From: Pseudomonas phage BRkr
Strand: one strand, 5' to 3'
DNA: 64,000 bases
Sequence record: LC765218.1
The notes beneath the pieces are model-generated. The model was not told the origin of the DNA and did no database searches. It worked only from the letters and a program-made list of their open reading frames with translations. Of this stretch, positions 38,318 through 47,871 are shown piece by piece; the first letter of the stretch is position 1, and each line of letters opens with the position of its first letter. Position numbers and translations under genes: made by a program.

Positions 38318-39442
38318 ATGGTACAATTAGCGATCCCTTCATTTACTGGTTTACCAGATGCGGCTGTCAAAGAGGTTGATGCCTATACAGAACAAAGCGC
38401 TGAATTAAAAAATCAGCTAGCCTCTAAGGTAACAGCATTTGGTGTAGGTGCAGACGAACTCATTCAAAAATCACTTGGTGTTGTTAAAGGTATCGGTAAC
38501 AAGATCCTTAACAACGGTATTGATCTCAACATGGCTAGAACACGAATTGCGGATGCCCTAAAAGGGTCACGTAGTTCCATTGTAAGTCTAGCTACGGACG
38601 TTGAACGATCGATTATGGAAGAGTTAACCGGAGAAGATACCGGTACAGGTTATGTTCGTAAAGCAACGGATATGATCGATGGCGTTAAAATGGTTCTCAA
38701 CCAAAAGGATTATTATTTTAAAGATGGGAACTTTAGCGGAGTTAATAGTATTATTGGGTTCATGGGTGACCTGACTAATAACTCATTGCTCCGTGTATTC
38801 GATCTTGGTGCTGAAGCAGCACTGATGAAAGGGATTATCGAAGAGGTTACAGCTTGGGGTATACCCGATCTAGTTGATGAAACCTTTGGAGCCAAGTGGA
38901 CGGATAACAAGTATGAATACGACTATGATGATGATTTCAGATTCTCTGTTGTTAAGCGAGCTTCTGCTAGTATTAGCCCTAGTACTGATCTTGCCACAAT
39001 CGAAAGGTTAATGCTGCATGGCGGTGTTTCAGCACTGATCGCTGAGAACCCAAATTTTCCTGCGCAGTTACTACAGAATTACGTGTTCCCTGAAGAATGT
39101 GTACCTGGTGGTCCTTTCCCTAAAATGATTCCTGACCCGAATAATCCAACTGGACCTGAGATCCCAGATCCAACTGATGCACAGGAACGTCCTAACTACG
39201 CCGACCAAATGGCTACTTTAGTACGCATCCTTAATCAACTCAAACCAGACTGGTTCACTACTCGGCGCCAGGGTCAACCCGTGTGGAATCTTTACTTCCT
39301 AAGTCACGCTTCTGAAGATGCGACCACATTGATTCTTAGTAGTGAAACTCATCGTGAAGCAATGTTGACAGCTCCGTTCTACAAGATGGAAAACCCAATA
39401 GAGCTGATCAAGTCGTTCTATCCTGATGCTGCTATTCAATAG
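38318..39442 (+). CDS. hypothetical protein
   Basis: 374-aa ORF. Terminator follows. Confidence 0.5.
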   Translation: MVQLAIPSFTGLPDAAVKEVDAYTEQSAELKNQLASKVTAFGVGADELIQKSLGVVKGIGNKILNNGIDLNMARTRIADALKGSRSSIVSLATDVERSIMEELTGEDTGTGYVRKATDMIDGVKMVLNQKDYYFKDGNFSGVNSIIGFMGDLTNNSLLRVFDLGAEAALMKGIIEEVTAWGIPDLVDETFGAKWTDNKYEYDYDDDFRFSVVKRASASISPSTDLATIERLMLHGGVSALIAENPNFPAQLLQNYVFPEECVPGGPFPKMIPDPNNPTGPEIPDPTDAQERPNYADQMATLVRILNQLKPDWFTTRRQGQPVWNLYFLSHASEDATTLILSSETHREAMLTAPFYKMENPIELIKSFYPDAAIQ

Positions 39443-39451
39443 CGACATAAA

Positions 39452-39482
39452 GCCCTCCCCAAAAGGGAGGGCAATATGCCGT
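39452..39482 (+). terminator. rho-independent terminator
   Basis: GCCCTCCC-caaaa-GGGAGGGC flanked by CATAAA / AATATG arms. Confidence 0.6.
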
Positions 39483-39501
39483 CTTAATCTAACTTAATTG
39501 A

Positions 39502-39522
39502 GAACTATATTACAAACGTGAA
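39502..39522 (+). promoter_or_regulatory. candidate phage-specific promoter, motif AACTATATTACAAACGTGA
   Basis: Same core ~25 nt after the 39452 terminator. 14/15 nt identical to the 32550 copy. Confidence 0.45.
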
Positions 39523-39609
39523 TTGGGTGAGATGTTCGAGCATCTCCCCCAGTTTGCGATACGTCTGATTCGGTTAAACTCAGACTTTCTTCACATGGGA
39601 TAGAAACCT

Positions 39610-39921
39610 ATGAAAAAATGGCCTTTCATTAACGAGAACTTCCGAAGACTAGTAAGAATCTTCTCGATAGATGAAGGGCGGGAATATTACCTTACACCTG
39701 AAGGTTTGACACTGGATGATGTGAGTAATACTCTCGCATATAATTCGGTAGATAAGTATAAACTTGCTTTGAACAAAGCTCGTGAACTTATAGCCCAAGG
39801 TGTGTTCGGGAGATCGGTCTACCTGGACGGTCAAGATGTAACTGAAGAACAGATCAATGGTAAACCACAGTTAGTCCGTTGGCCACCTGTTAATGAAGAA
39901 GCTTATGGCTTCGTAGCATAA
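39610..39921 (+). CDS. hypothetical early protein
   Basis: 103-aa ORF ~90 nt downstream of the CTATATTAC motif. Bidirectional terminator follows. Confidence 0.45.
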   Translation: MKKWPFINENFRRLVRIFSIDEGREYYLTPEGLTLDDVSNTLAYNSVDKYKLALNKARELIAQGVFGRSVYLDGQDVTEEQINGKPQLVRWPPVNEEAYGFVA

Positions 39922-39928
39922 AGGCATA

Positions 39929-39960
39929 TCGCCCTCTCCCGAAGGAGAGGGCTTTATGTT
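39929..39960. terminator. bidirectional terminator
   Basis: GCCCTCTCC-cgaa-GGAGAGGGC followed by TTTATGTT. Confidence 0.7.
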
Positions 39961-39969
39961 CCATTTTTT

Positions 39970-40803
39970 TTATCGCATGTAAGCAGGTACACGAATCGGC
40001 TTCTTACGCGACCAACCTAGTTGTTGAATTAGATCAGTAACGTCTAGATTAGGATCAGATTCCATACCGATATTAGCACGCTTCTGTGCTTCATCCTGCA
40101 TCTTCCAAAGGGTAGCAGGTGTGATGATAACTTCGGTATCGGAGAAACTTTCCAAAGCAGGGGAGGTATATTTGTTAGCAATATAGATACCGCCCTCACC
40201 GACGAAGTCCCAGGTGGAAATTTCCCGTGTATACTTAATACCACGCATTACGTCGTCCTGTGTGATAGAACGAACGGAACAATAGGTATTGATACTTGGG
40301 TTATCCAAAGACTCTTTAAAAATGTGACCAAACGGACCGTAAGGTTTAACCTCACCGACGACCATTTTAACAGTCTTACCATTTTCATTCTTACCGGGAA
40401 CAATAGTCAATGCACGGATATGTGCACAAACCCGGTTATCGTCGATCATACGAATACGTTGCAGGTATTGACGATCATCCATCGGTTGACGAACAACACG
40501 ACCATCGATCATCAGGTCTGTAAACGGTTCAGGGTGTTTGAACTCCATGAAGAGAACACCTTTCTTAAGGCGACGCATCAGGGAAGAGTTCGGATCAAAC
40601 ATCGCAACGCCACTGGCTTCGTCATAGAACATACCAGCAGAGTTATGTGTACCATAGGCACCCAGAACTACAGTGTAATAACCGTCCGCATTCGGCGCAA
40701 GAATTCCTTTTTTGTCCGTACCCGCTAACATAGTGCAGCCGATACGTACTTGATTCTGCGGAGAATTTTGGACACCAAAAGAAGATTGTGCCAAAGGATG
40801 CAT
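39970..40803 (-). CDS. candidate prohead maturation protease (T4 gp21 / phiKZ gp175-like)
   Basis: 277 aa. FMEFKHPEP resembles the LGELNHPP His motif of T4 gp21-type proteases. A later CSVRS may be the Ser motif. Its position relative to the RNAP and giant-protein genes mirrors phiKZ gp175-gp181. Weak motif evidence. Confidence 0.35.
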   Translation of the reverse strand: MHPLAQSSFGVQNSPQNQVRIGCTMLAGTDKKGILAPNADGYYTVVLGAYGTHNSAGMFYDEASGVAMFDPNSSLMRRLKKGVLFMEFKHPEPFTDLMIDGRVVRQPMDDRQYLQRIRMIDDNRVCAHIRALTIVPGKNENGKTVKMVVGEVKPYGPFGHIFKESLDNPSINTYCSVRSITQDDVMRGIKYTREISTWDFVGEGGIYIANKYTSPALESFSDTEVIITPATLWKMQDEAQKRANIGMESDPNLDVTDLIQQLGWSRKKPIRVPAYMR

Positions 40804-40818
40804 TTCTGCAACTCCGTG

Positions 40819-41541
40819 TTATGTCCTCAATAGCTCTTCAATCACTTCTACTTTCTCACTAGGGTTCACTAGTGCAGAGTTGATAGCGTCGCTGAAGTAA
40901 GCACCATTAAGTTTTGAGGTGGTATCTGAGGTGTTCCAAATAACCGATCGGAAAGGTACGGTTACTGGAGGTTTATTTTTAACATCATCATGCCGCGACA
41001 GAATGTGGCGGTATAGTCTTGTCATATCATCCGGATCACGAGCGATGGTTGAAATGATAAGCTCGATAATCGAACGACCACCAATAAATGTATCTGCATG
41101 TTCTTTTGCAGTTTCGAACATTTTCGCCATGTCATAATAGTTCATATACCAAGGGATGTTCCCTTTGGATACGAACTCGTCGTACATGTAATATGTTAGT
41201 GTGTCGTTGACCACAAGATGTGTCGAATAGAAAACTTTATCACCTTTCTCGAAACTAAATTCGTAATAAGGTTCACTCTCTACAACAACACGCTCAGTAG
41301 AGTTTGGAAGAATGCGCATCATCGCGATTGTATTATTAACCGCGTAAAACTCTTCATTCATGATGATAGGAAAGAATCCAAATATGAATACTTCACTACC
41401 TAATACAGCCAAGTTCTTAGCAGCAAAACGTTCTGGAATTTGAATCTTACAGGGAAGGTTTGTAGCAATACCACCATCTTCCAATTCAATCAGATTTGCA
41501 TTTACGCGTGCAACATCACGTGTTAATTGCCTAACGTTCAT
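40819..41541 (-). CDS. hypothetical protein
   Basis: 240-aa ORF in the same minus-strand operon. Confidence 0.5.
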   Translation of the reverse strand: MNVRQLTRDVARVNANLIELEDGGIATNLPCKIQIPERFAAKNLAVLGSEVFIFGFFPIIMNEEFYAVNNTIAMMRILPNSTERVVVESEPYYEFSFEKGDKVFYSTHLVVNDTLTYYMYDEFVSKGNIPWYMNYYDMAKMFETAKEHADTFIGGRSIIELIISTIARDPDDMTRLYRHILSRHDDVKNKPPVTVPFRSVIWNTSDTTSKLNGAYFSDAINSALVNPSEKVEVIEELLRT

Positions 41542-41610
41542 ATAAGTCTCTTCTTAGAAAAAGGAAAGTTGACACACTCCGGTACCCCGAAGGATACCGG
41601 AGGTTATCAA

Positions 41611-43317
41611 TTATGCTTGTTCTTCTTCTTCAGTTTCAGACTCAGTTTCTTCTTCACTGGCTTCTTCCTGCTCTTCTTCGACTTCTTCAGTCTCAGATTC
41701 AGTAGGAGTTTCATCAGCGTAAGGATCTTCTTCGTCTTCTACCTCCGGAGTTTCAGCCAGGGGACCTTCACCTTCTACTGCATCACCGACAGCATCGGCA
41801 ACTTCTTCACTAGTTGGTTCAGTGATTTCCTCTGGCACTTCTTCTGGTTCAGGAAGAGTTGCATTCGGATCAACATCAGGATTGAATGTTTCTACTTTGA
41901 TCTGCTGTGCTTGGAAAATAGCAATCAGCGAAATCAGAGCTTGAGTATTCAATTCACGTAGTTCTGCACCGGGGAAGTTTTGGCCATATTCATCGATAGT
42001 ATCGAGATACAGCTTATACATCGGTTCGATGTAGTAAGTACGGCAGATAAGATTACTGAATACGCAGTATGGATTATCCAGATCTTCGCGCCGAACGAAA
42101 CGCATGGCGGTAGCCAGTAGTTCACGTACGTTACCGATATTCATTTCACGTAAAGGACCTTCACCACAGTGTGCGAGGAAGGTATCAATAACGTCCTGCC
42201 GACGACGGCTCTCAGCGTAGTCGAGTGCCGCTTGTTTGATTAGCGGATATGTAGCGGTCCAGCGTTTGATGTAATGATCAGCACGTGCGTCAATGCCCTG
42301 TGCATGTACGACATTACCGCCATCAATAGCTGCACCAAGCAGAGCTTCAACAGAACCACCTTTAACGAGCCAGCTCTCAGCAACGTCACCGTTAAGAGTA
42401 ACAAGTACACGACGGTTTTCAACTGGGCGATGAGCTTCATAACGAAGTACAAGAGTATTAGACTCTCGCATTTCAAGACGATTCTCATACGCACGGATGA
42501 TGTAGAAACCAAGCATCTCATGGAGTAGACGAACCGTTTGTTCCCATTCTTCCGATGTTACGGATTCACCAGGTACTTCTTGTGGGTTCTCGATGTAATG
42601 ACCACAGATGAAATAAGCTAGAGTCAGTTCATCAAGATTAAACGGGAAAGCATTAGGATTGATAAAGCTCAGGTTAGAAACAGTCAAACCACGTGCAGTA
42701 CCAAATAGTTCACTCCAAACGTTTTCTACCCGTTGTGCCGGAATCTTAAGAGCCCATTCGGTAACTTGCTCTTGATCCAGGTGCGGGTTATTGATGGATA
42801 CCATCTCGATGATGGTAGCAGCATCAACCGGGCGAAGCATAAAGGTGCGATATTCCGGTAGAGGACGCACTTTAGCATAGCGAGTTTGGATGTGGTTAAC
42901 TAGACGAGGATCGTTATGAATCGGGTCGTAGTTGAAAGTGCTGACATCGCAATCCGCTTGAGAACTTACGTTCTGACGGGAGGCATAGTCAGTGGCCATT
43001 GCTTTAATAGCCGGAATGATAACGTTTTGAGTATTGAATTGAATCTTGGCAATAGCGGTATGCATATTGCTGATGATCGCTTCACGTTCTTCATTAACGT
43101 TCTCGGGTGCTTCAACGTTACTTTCGACAAAATGAGCTTCAACGGAAGCAGCCAGTTCATCGGACATTGCAACTTTATTACCTTCGGTTTCACAGTTGAA
43201 ACCGTCAGCATATACAGCTAGAGGGAACTCGGGGTTCGGAATTGTCAGAACACGTTCCTGTTCAGTGAATGCTTGAGCTGCATCGCGAACAGCGTCCAGA
43301 GTTTCGGGATTAAACAT
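41611..43317 (-). CDS. hypothetical protein with extremely acidic Glu/Thr/Ser-rich C-terminal tail
   Basis: 568 aa. The last ~90 aa are EVPEEITEPTSEE ... ETESETEEEEQA. Its position next to the protease and RNAP genes suggests a head internal/scaffold or ejected protein. Confidence 0.5.
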   Translation of the reverse strand: MFNPETLDAVRDAAQAFTEQERVLTIPNPEFPLAVYADGFNCETEGNKVAMSDELAASVEAHFVESNVEAPENVNEEREAIISNMHTAIAKIQFNTQNVIIPAIKAMATDYASRQNVSSQADCDVSTFNYDPIHNDPRLVNHIQTRYAKVRPLPEYRTFMLRPVDAATIIEMVSINNPHLDQEQVTEWALKIPAQRVENVWSELFGTARGLTVSNLSFINPNAFPFNLDELTLAYFICGHYIENPQEVPGESVTSEEWEQTVRLLHEMLGFYIIRAYENRLEMRESNTLVLRYEAHRPVENRRVLVTLNGDVAESWLVKGGSVEALLGAAIDGGNVVHAQGIDARADHYIKRWTATYPLIKQAALDYAESRRRQDVIDTFLAHCGEGPLREMNIGNVRELLATAMRFVRREDLDNPYCVFSNLICRTYYIEPMYKLYLDTIDEYGQNFPGAELRELNTQALISLIAIFQAQQIKVETFNPDVDPNATLPEPEEVPEEITEPTSEEVADAVGDAVEGEGPLAETPEVEDEEDPYADETPTESETEEVEEEQEEASEEETESETEEEEQA

Positions 43318-43329
43318 GTTGACTCCTAA

Positions 43330-43524
43330 TTAACCGAGGAATTTGCACATACGGGCAACGATAGCTGCCTGAATATCTTCTTTGGTCAGATACTCACCTT
43401 CTAGAGTAGCTGCCGAGGTGTCACCGCCGATGGAGCGAAGCAAAGCTTCGGCTCCAAGTTCGGCAGCAGCAGTCAGAACAGCGATGTTCTGACTGAGTAC
43501 TACGTTGTTACTTTGATTTTGCAT
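43330..43524 (-). CDS. small hypothetical protein
   Basis: 64 aa with a GAGGAA RBS. 17-nt overlap with the upstream 1453-aa gene. Confidence 0.35.
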   Translation of the reverse strand: MQNQSNNVVLSQNIAVLTAAAELGAEALLRSIGGDTSAATLEGEYLTKEDIQAAIVARMCKFLG

Positions 43525-46500
43525 TTGTGGTTCCTCGATAGAGAGCAGCTACGTGCTTGGAAAGAGCTTGCTGCAAGATTGTAGTGGTCGCAATCAGTTT
43601 AGGGGACATGACCATCCGTTCTTCAACCGAAGTGTTGCCGAAGATCAGACCAATCGGAGTACCGTCTTCACATTCGTTACGGCCATCCATTACCCGAGAG
43701 AATACAGTTTTCATCTGGTTCGCTACTACACCTTTGTCACCAGTACCACAAGGGATATCATGGTCGATGTAGATTCGGATAACCATGTTGTCAGGTTCAA
43801 GCATTTGACCTTTAACACGGAAGGATGCGTCGACTTCACCTGTGAATTCTGGTTCGTTCAACGACTTGGCCCTATCGGCTCTCTCTTTATCAGATGCTCT
43901 GGCTATCTTCTGAAGATTACTGGACATGTCTTCAATGTCACCATGATAGTAACATTCGATTTTAGAGATGGTCCCTACGACTTTAGCACGGGGTGCATTA
44001 GCCGAAAGTTTCTTCAGTGTTTCAATAGCAGCGGCACCAAACAGAGAGTTCTCGGCCATTTCGGGGTCTTGAATAGTACATAGAATTGAATCCAAGTCTA
44101 CGTGTTCTCCAACTTTGACCAAATTCTCAATCGACTGATCAAATCGAACAGTAATGTTCTTGATGTCAGTTGTCTGAGTATTAAGCTTAATAGCCACGTC
44201 TTTACTAATAACAGATCCGTCTTCAAGTGTATCAAGGTTATCGCAGAATGCAACACGAACCATGACACCAGCTTTCCAAAGAACTTGTCCAGGGGTATAA
44301 CGATCTTCGGTAAAATACTTACTATTGAAAGTAAGCGTATCACCGCGTTTGAACTTATCACCCTTCTTAAGTGTGGTAACGAGAGTATGCGGATAGTTTA
44401 CACCCGCAGCAGTACCATGGACGGTTCCAAGCTGAGAACTAAAGATCTCACCGTCAGCATATTTAACTGTAATGCCATGACCGTCTACTGCAATCACCTC
44501 TCCATCTTGTTCGGCGGCAGACGCAAAGATCGAACTGGTACGTTGAGCGATAATCTGCTCATAACCAGTGCGAAGAGGAGTTACCTCATAGCCATCTGCA
44601 TAGATACCTTGCTGTTGCTGAATACTAACGAAGTTAATCCGTTTCGGATCATCGTTTGTTGTAGCAACCCCGGTGAGAGCACCGGTAGATAGCATCTTAG
44701 CGGCGCCATCCTTACCTTTCTCAAACAACCGAGTTGTACCACGCATGCTGTTGAAGTTAGCATCAGGAGATAGATAAGCGATTACACCCACATCACCAGA
44801 GTCTACAGTGGATTCAGAAACTACACCCACGTCAGATTCATGGTAGATACGTGTACGGGCAACCATTGAAGTCGACCCACGACCACCATCACCACGATAA
44901 GTCATGGCTTCTTGCTCACGCAAGTTAGCGATTGGGTTAGAATCTTCAATAGTAGCTACGGTTGGGTCAGATGCAATCTTACGCCAAACTTCGTGTTGGT
45001 CCATCACGATCTGTTGATCCGCAGAACCTTCACGGTTGTTGTAGATACGAACAGCGCGGTTCAGACTACCGTAGATAGTTCCTGCCATGCGTTCATAACC
45101 ACGATAGCGCATATATGCACCATCTACTTCTGCTGGTGACCAGTCATTAGTTAGCAACTCTACGGAACGATACAGTAGCCCTTGGAAATCAGTAGGCTCT
45201 TTCATTTCTTCCAGAAGACCTTTTGTGATCGGGTCAACGAAAGAAGTAAACAAGCCATCGATTTCACGAGTGTATCGGGCAGACATACCAGCTTCTTCTA
45301 ATAGACGGAAGTAAACATCACGCCGGTCAAAGTCCCATCGAGAGAACTTCTTCAAAGATTGATGGTAACGTTTCAGCCCGGACAACACCAATGTCGCACG
45401 ATAATCTTGACGACTGAATACAAGGATCTCGTCAGAGAATGCCAGTGTATAATCATCAGGACTAACACTAATGCGAGTGCCACGCGGATGGCTCTGGTAT
45501 TGAACTCCAAGTGTATCAAGTAGAGTGGACAGGCCTTGGCGATAACCAAGAATGAAACCAAGTGGAAGCTCTTTGTTAGCAACTGAAACTAGAATAGCTT
45601 CAAGAGGAGCTTTAACCTGATTAAGACCTAGGATATCTACCATGGTGCCCATGGGTTCAAGTTCATTACCTTCTTTAACATAGAACTGAGACGAGCTGTC
45701 AACTAGAATAGGTAACCGATTATGGGCGCCTACTACAACCATCCCATCTTTCTCTAATGCTTCTACCGAAATACCGTAAGTCTTTTGGAAATATTCGGCA
45801 TGGTCATCGAACTTAAAATAGAACTCATTTGCTCCGTTCTTGAAAGAACGATAAGCTCTACCCAATGCAGAGTACACTCGCGGTAGAACGAACATAGACT
45901 GGTCTAGTTCTGCATAACGCACCTCAGTTACAGAGACATCGTTATTATCTCTTGCCCTAACACCAATCTGTCGAATCAACCAAGTATCGTAGTTGTTTTC
46001 TGCTCGTTCAGAACGTGTAACGAATGTCTTATTGTAATAACTTGTCAGAGCAACTTTAAGTGGGTTTACTTTACGGATTGGAATATCCGCACGTTGCAGA
46101 CGCTGACGATAAGTTACACCATTAGAACGGAAACGTCCATCGCGATCGATAACTGGAATACGGAAGCGCAGTTGAGAAGGTCGGCCACGAATAGGCTTGA
46201 CTGTTACAGTGAACGACTGATAATGGTTCATCGCGTCACGTACTTCTTCCATACGAACATCAGTTACTGCGACACCTTGTGCTTGAACAGACAAGATAGA
46301 TTGCATGATGTCTTTAGGTAGAAGAGTCTTCGTGTACTTACGCATCATCGATTTGTGAATAGAACCCAACATCGATTTATCAGTAATCGTGGATTTATCA
46401 GCAAACTGTTCGACTGGTACTTTAAAGTCTTCTTCTTCATAAACCATCGCCTCAGCGATAGTTTTACCAGATCCAAATGGATCAGGAATAGACTTGTACA

Positions 46501-47869
46501 TAGAAGCATCATCAACGGCTTGTTCAAACGAACGACCAGAGATCATGCCAACTTGATACAGTTCAAATGCTTTTTGTCCAACAGGGTCTACTAAAGCGTC
46601 ACCGCTGCTAAAAGCAGGTACGACCGATTTAGTTACCGGGGCTGTCTCTACTTTGAGAGTTGGTGTTTTATTGATCGGCGCCGTTTCGAGCGGATCTTTC
46701 TCGATGACGAGAGTAGTTTTCTCAAGCTCAGATTCAGGCGGTGGATCATAAACAACTTCGAGCATCCCGAGATCGAGTAATGTGCTAACATTAGATCCAG
46801 TTGCATTGGAATCATCGATCGCATCAATGTCGTTAGCTTCTTCAGTTTCTTCAGCACGTTCTGTAACTTCTTCGACTTCTTCGTCGTCTGTGTCAACCTT
46901 ATCTTCGGGTTCGATCAGGTCAGTGATCTTTGGAGTTTCAGGTTCGACTTCCATTAGAGTGTCGTTACCATTATTGAACTCAACCAAAGTAGTCAACAGG
47001 CTGATAACTCGACGTTGCATTACATCCGGTTTATAGAAAACTTCAAGACCGAGTTCATCCACAAAACTTTCAGTAGCTACTGTCTCTTGTTCCGCTATTA
47101 CTTCTGGAGCATCACGCCATGCTTCAAGTTGTCCAAGGTTAATAACAAAGAAGTTATTCTGGACACGAATCAGGAAGTTAATCTTTTCGTAAGCTTCTTT
47201 AGGTACGATCGACATATAAGACGAAGATCGATTATCACCAAGGAAACGATAAAGATCGAAAACGTTTAATACAGCGTTAGTACGGAATTTCTCAAGTAGT
47301 GCCTGAGTGGTACCGCGCTCTAACATCTTAAATTCATTAAACGTTGGCATGAATTCCGGAATATGGAGTTCGATGAACTGATTCCAACCAAAGCGTTTAT
47401 GTACATCGACAACACCTTTCCAGAAGGTAGCGGTGTTGTTACTCCAGCGATACCAGTTAGATTTGAAATTAGCTTGGTACTTCCAGAGTGGGTTTAGCAT
47501 GCTGTAGTTAAACACAGCAACGTTTTGAATATTGAGTTTTACAGCCGCATCTTTACGCAGTGGTTTGAAGAAACGGTGTTGGCGACGGAAATCAGCTTCA
47601 AGGGTAGTCGGAATAAGAGAAGTACGCCGAGCGTTACCATCGAGTGTTTCTAGCTGTGTAATGTGTTCAATGAACACCTTTCCCTGCAACTTAGCAAAGA
47701 GGGGGTCCGATTGACTCGGACCCTTTACAGCAGCGTTGTCATCAAGGAACTGATACACTACCTCTTGGGGTAGCTCTAGCTTCGTCAACGGGAACAGACG
47801 AGGACGCAGTAGTTCGCCTGAGTTTCGAAGACTGTAATTCTTCAGAAACTGATGAATTTTCAAACGCAT
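43508..47869 (-). CDS. multisubunit RNA polymerase large-subunit fragment (virion RNAP; beta-like or beta-prime C-terminal-like; phiKZ gp178/179-region homolog)
   Basis: 1453 aa, 2 nt downstream of the DFDGD-containing gene and clearly co-transcribed. Size and synteny fit the second large piece of a split phage RNAP. I could not place canonical beta motifs with certainty. Confidence 0.45.
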   Translation of the reverse strand: MRLKIHQFLKNYSLRNSGELLRPRLFPLTKLELPQEVVYQFLDDNAAVKGPSQSDPLFAKLQGKVFIEHITQLETLDGNARRTSLIPTTLEADFRRQHRFFKPLRKDAAVKLNIQNVAVFNYSMLNPLWKYQANFKSNWYRWSNNTATFWKGVVDVHKRFGWNQFIELHIPEFMPTFNEFKMLERGTTQALLEKFRTNAVLNVFDLYRFLGDNRSSSYMSIVPKEAYEKINFLIRVQNNFFVINLGQLEAWRDAPEVIAEQETVATESFVDELGLEVFYKPDVMQRRVISLLTTLVEFNNGNDTLMEVEPETPKITDLIEPEDKVDTDDEEVEEVTERAEETEEANDIDAIDDSNATGSNVSTLLDLGMLEVVYDPPPESELEKTTLVIEKDPLETAPINKTPTLKVETAPVTKSVVPAFSSGDALVDPVGQKAFELYQVGMISGRSFEQAVDDASMYKSIPDPFGSGKTIAEAMVYEEEDFKVPVEQFADKSTITDKSMLGSIHKSMMRKYTKTLLPKDIMQSILSVQAQGVAVTDVRMEEVRDAMNHYQSFTVTVKPIRGRPSQLRFRIPVIDRDGRFRSNGVTYRQRLQRADIPIRKVNPLKVALTSYYNKTFVTRSERAENNYDTWLIRQIGVRARDNNDVSVTEVRYAELDQSMFVLPRVYSALGRAYRSFKNGANEFYFKFDDHAEYFQKTYGISVEALEKDGMVVVGAHNRLPILVDSSSQFYVKEGNELEPMGTMVDILGLNQVKAPLEAILVSVANKELPLGFILGYRQGLSTLLDTLGVQYQSHPRGTRISVSPDDYTLAFSDEILVFSRQDYRATLVLSGLKRYHQSLKKFSRWDFDRRDVYFRLLEEAGMSARYTREIDGLFTSFVDPITKGLLEEMKEPTDFQGLLYRSVELLTNDWSPAEVDGAYMRYRGYERMAGTIYGSLNRAVRIYNNREGSADQQIVMDQHEVWRKIASDPTVATIEDSNPIANLREQEAMTYRGDGGRGSTSMVARTRIYHESDVGVVSESTVDSGDVGVIAYLSPDANFNSMRGTTRLFEKGKDGAAKMLSTGALTGVATTNDDPKRINFVSIQQQQGIYADGYEVTPLRTGYEQIIAQRTSSIFASAAEQDGEVIAVDGHGITVKYADGEIFSSQLGTVHGTAAGVNYPHTLVTTLKKGDKFKRGDTLTFNSKYFTEDRYTPGQVLWKAGVMVRVAFCDNLDTLEDGSVISKDVAIKLNTQTTDIKNITVRFDQSIENLVKVGEHVDLDSILCTIQDPEMAENSLFGAAAIETLKKLSANAPRAKVVGTISKIECYYHGDIEDMSSNLQKIARASDKERADRAKSLNEPEFTGEVDASFRVKGQMLEPDNMVIRIYIDHDIPCGTGDKGVVANQMKTVFSRVMDGRNECEDGTPIGLIFGNTSVEERMVMSPKLIATTTILQQALSKHVAALYRGTTNAKSK

Positions 47870-47871
47870 GG

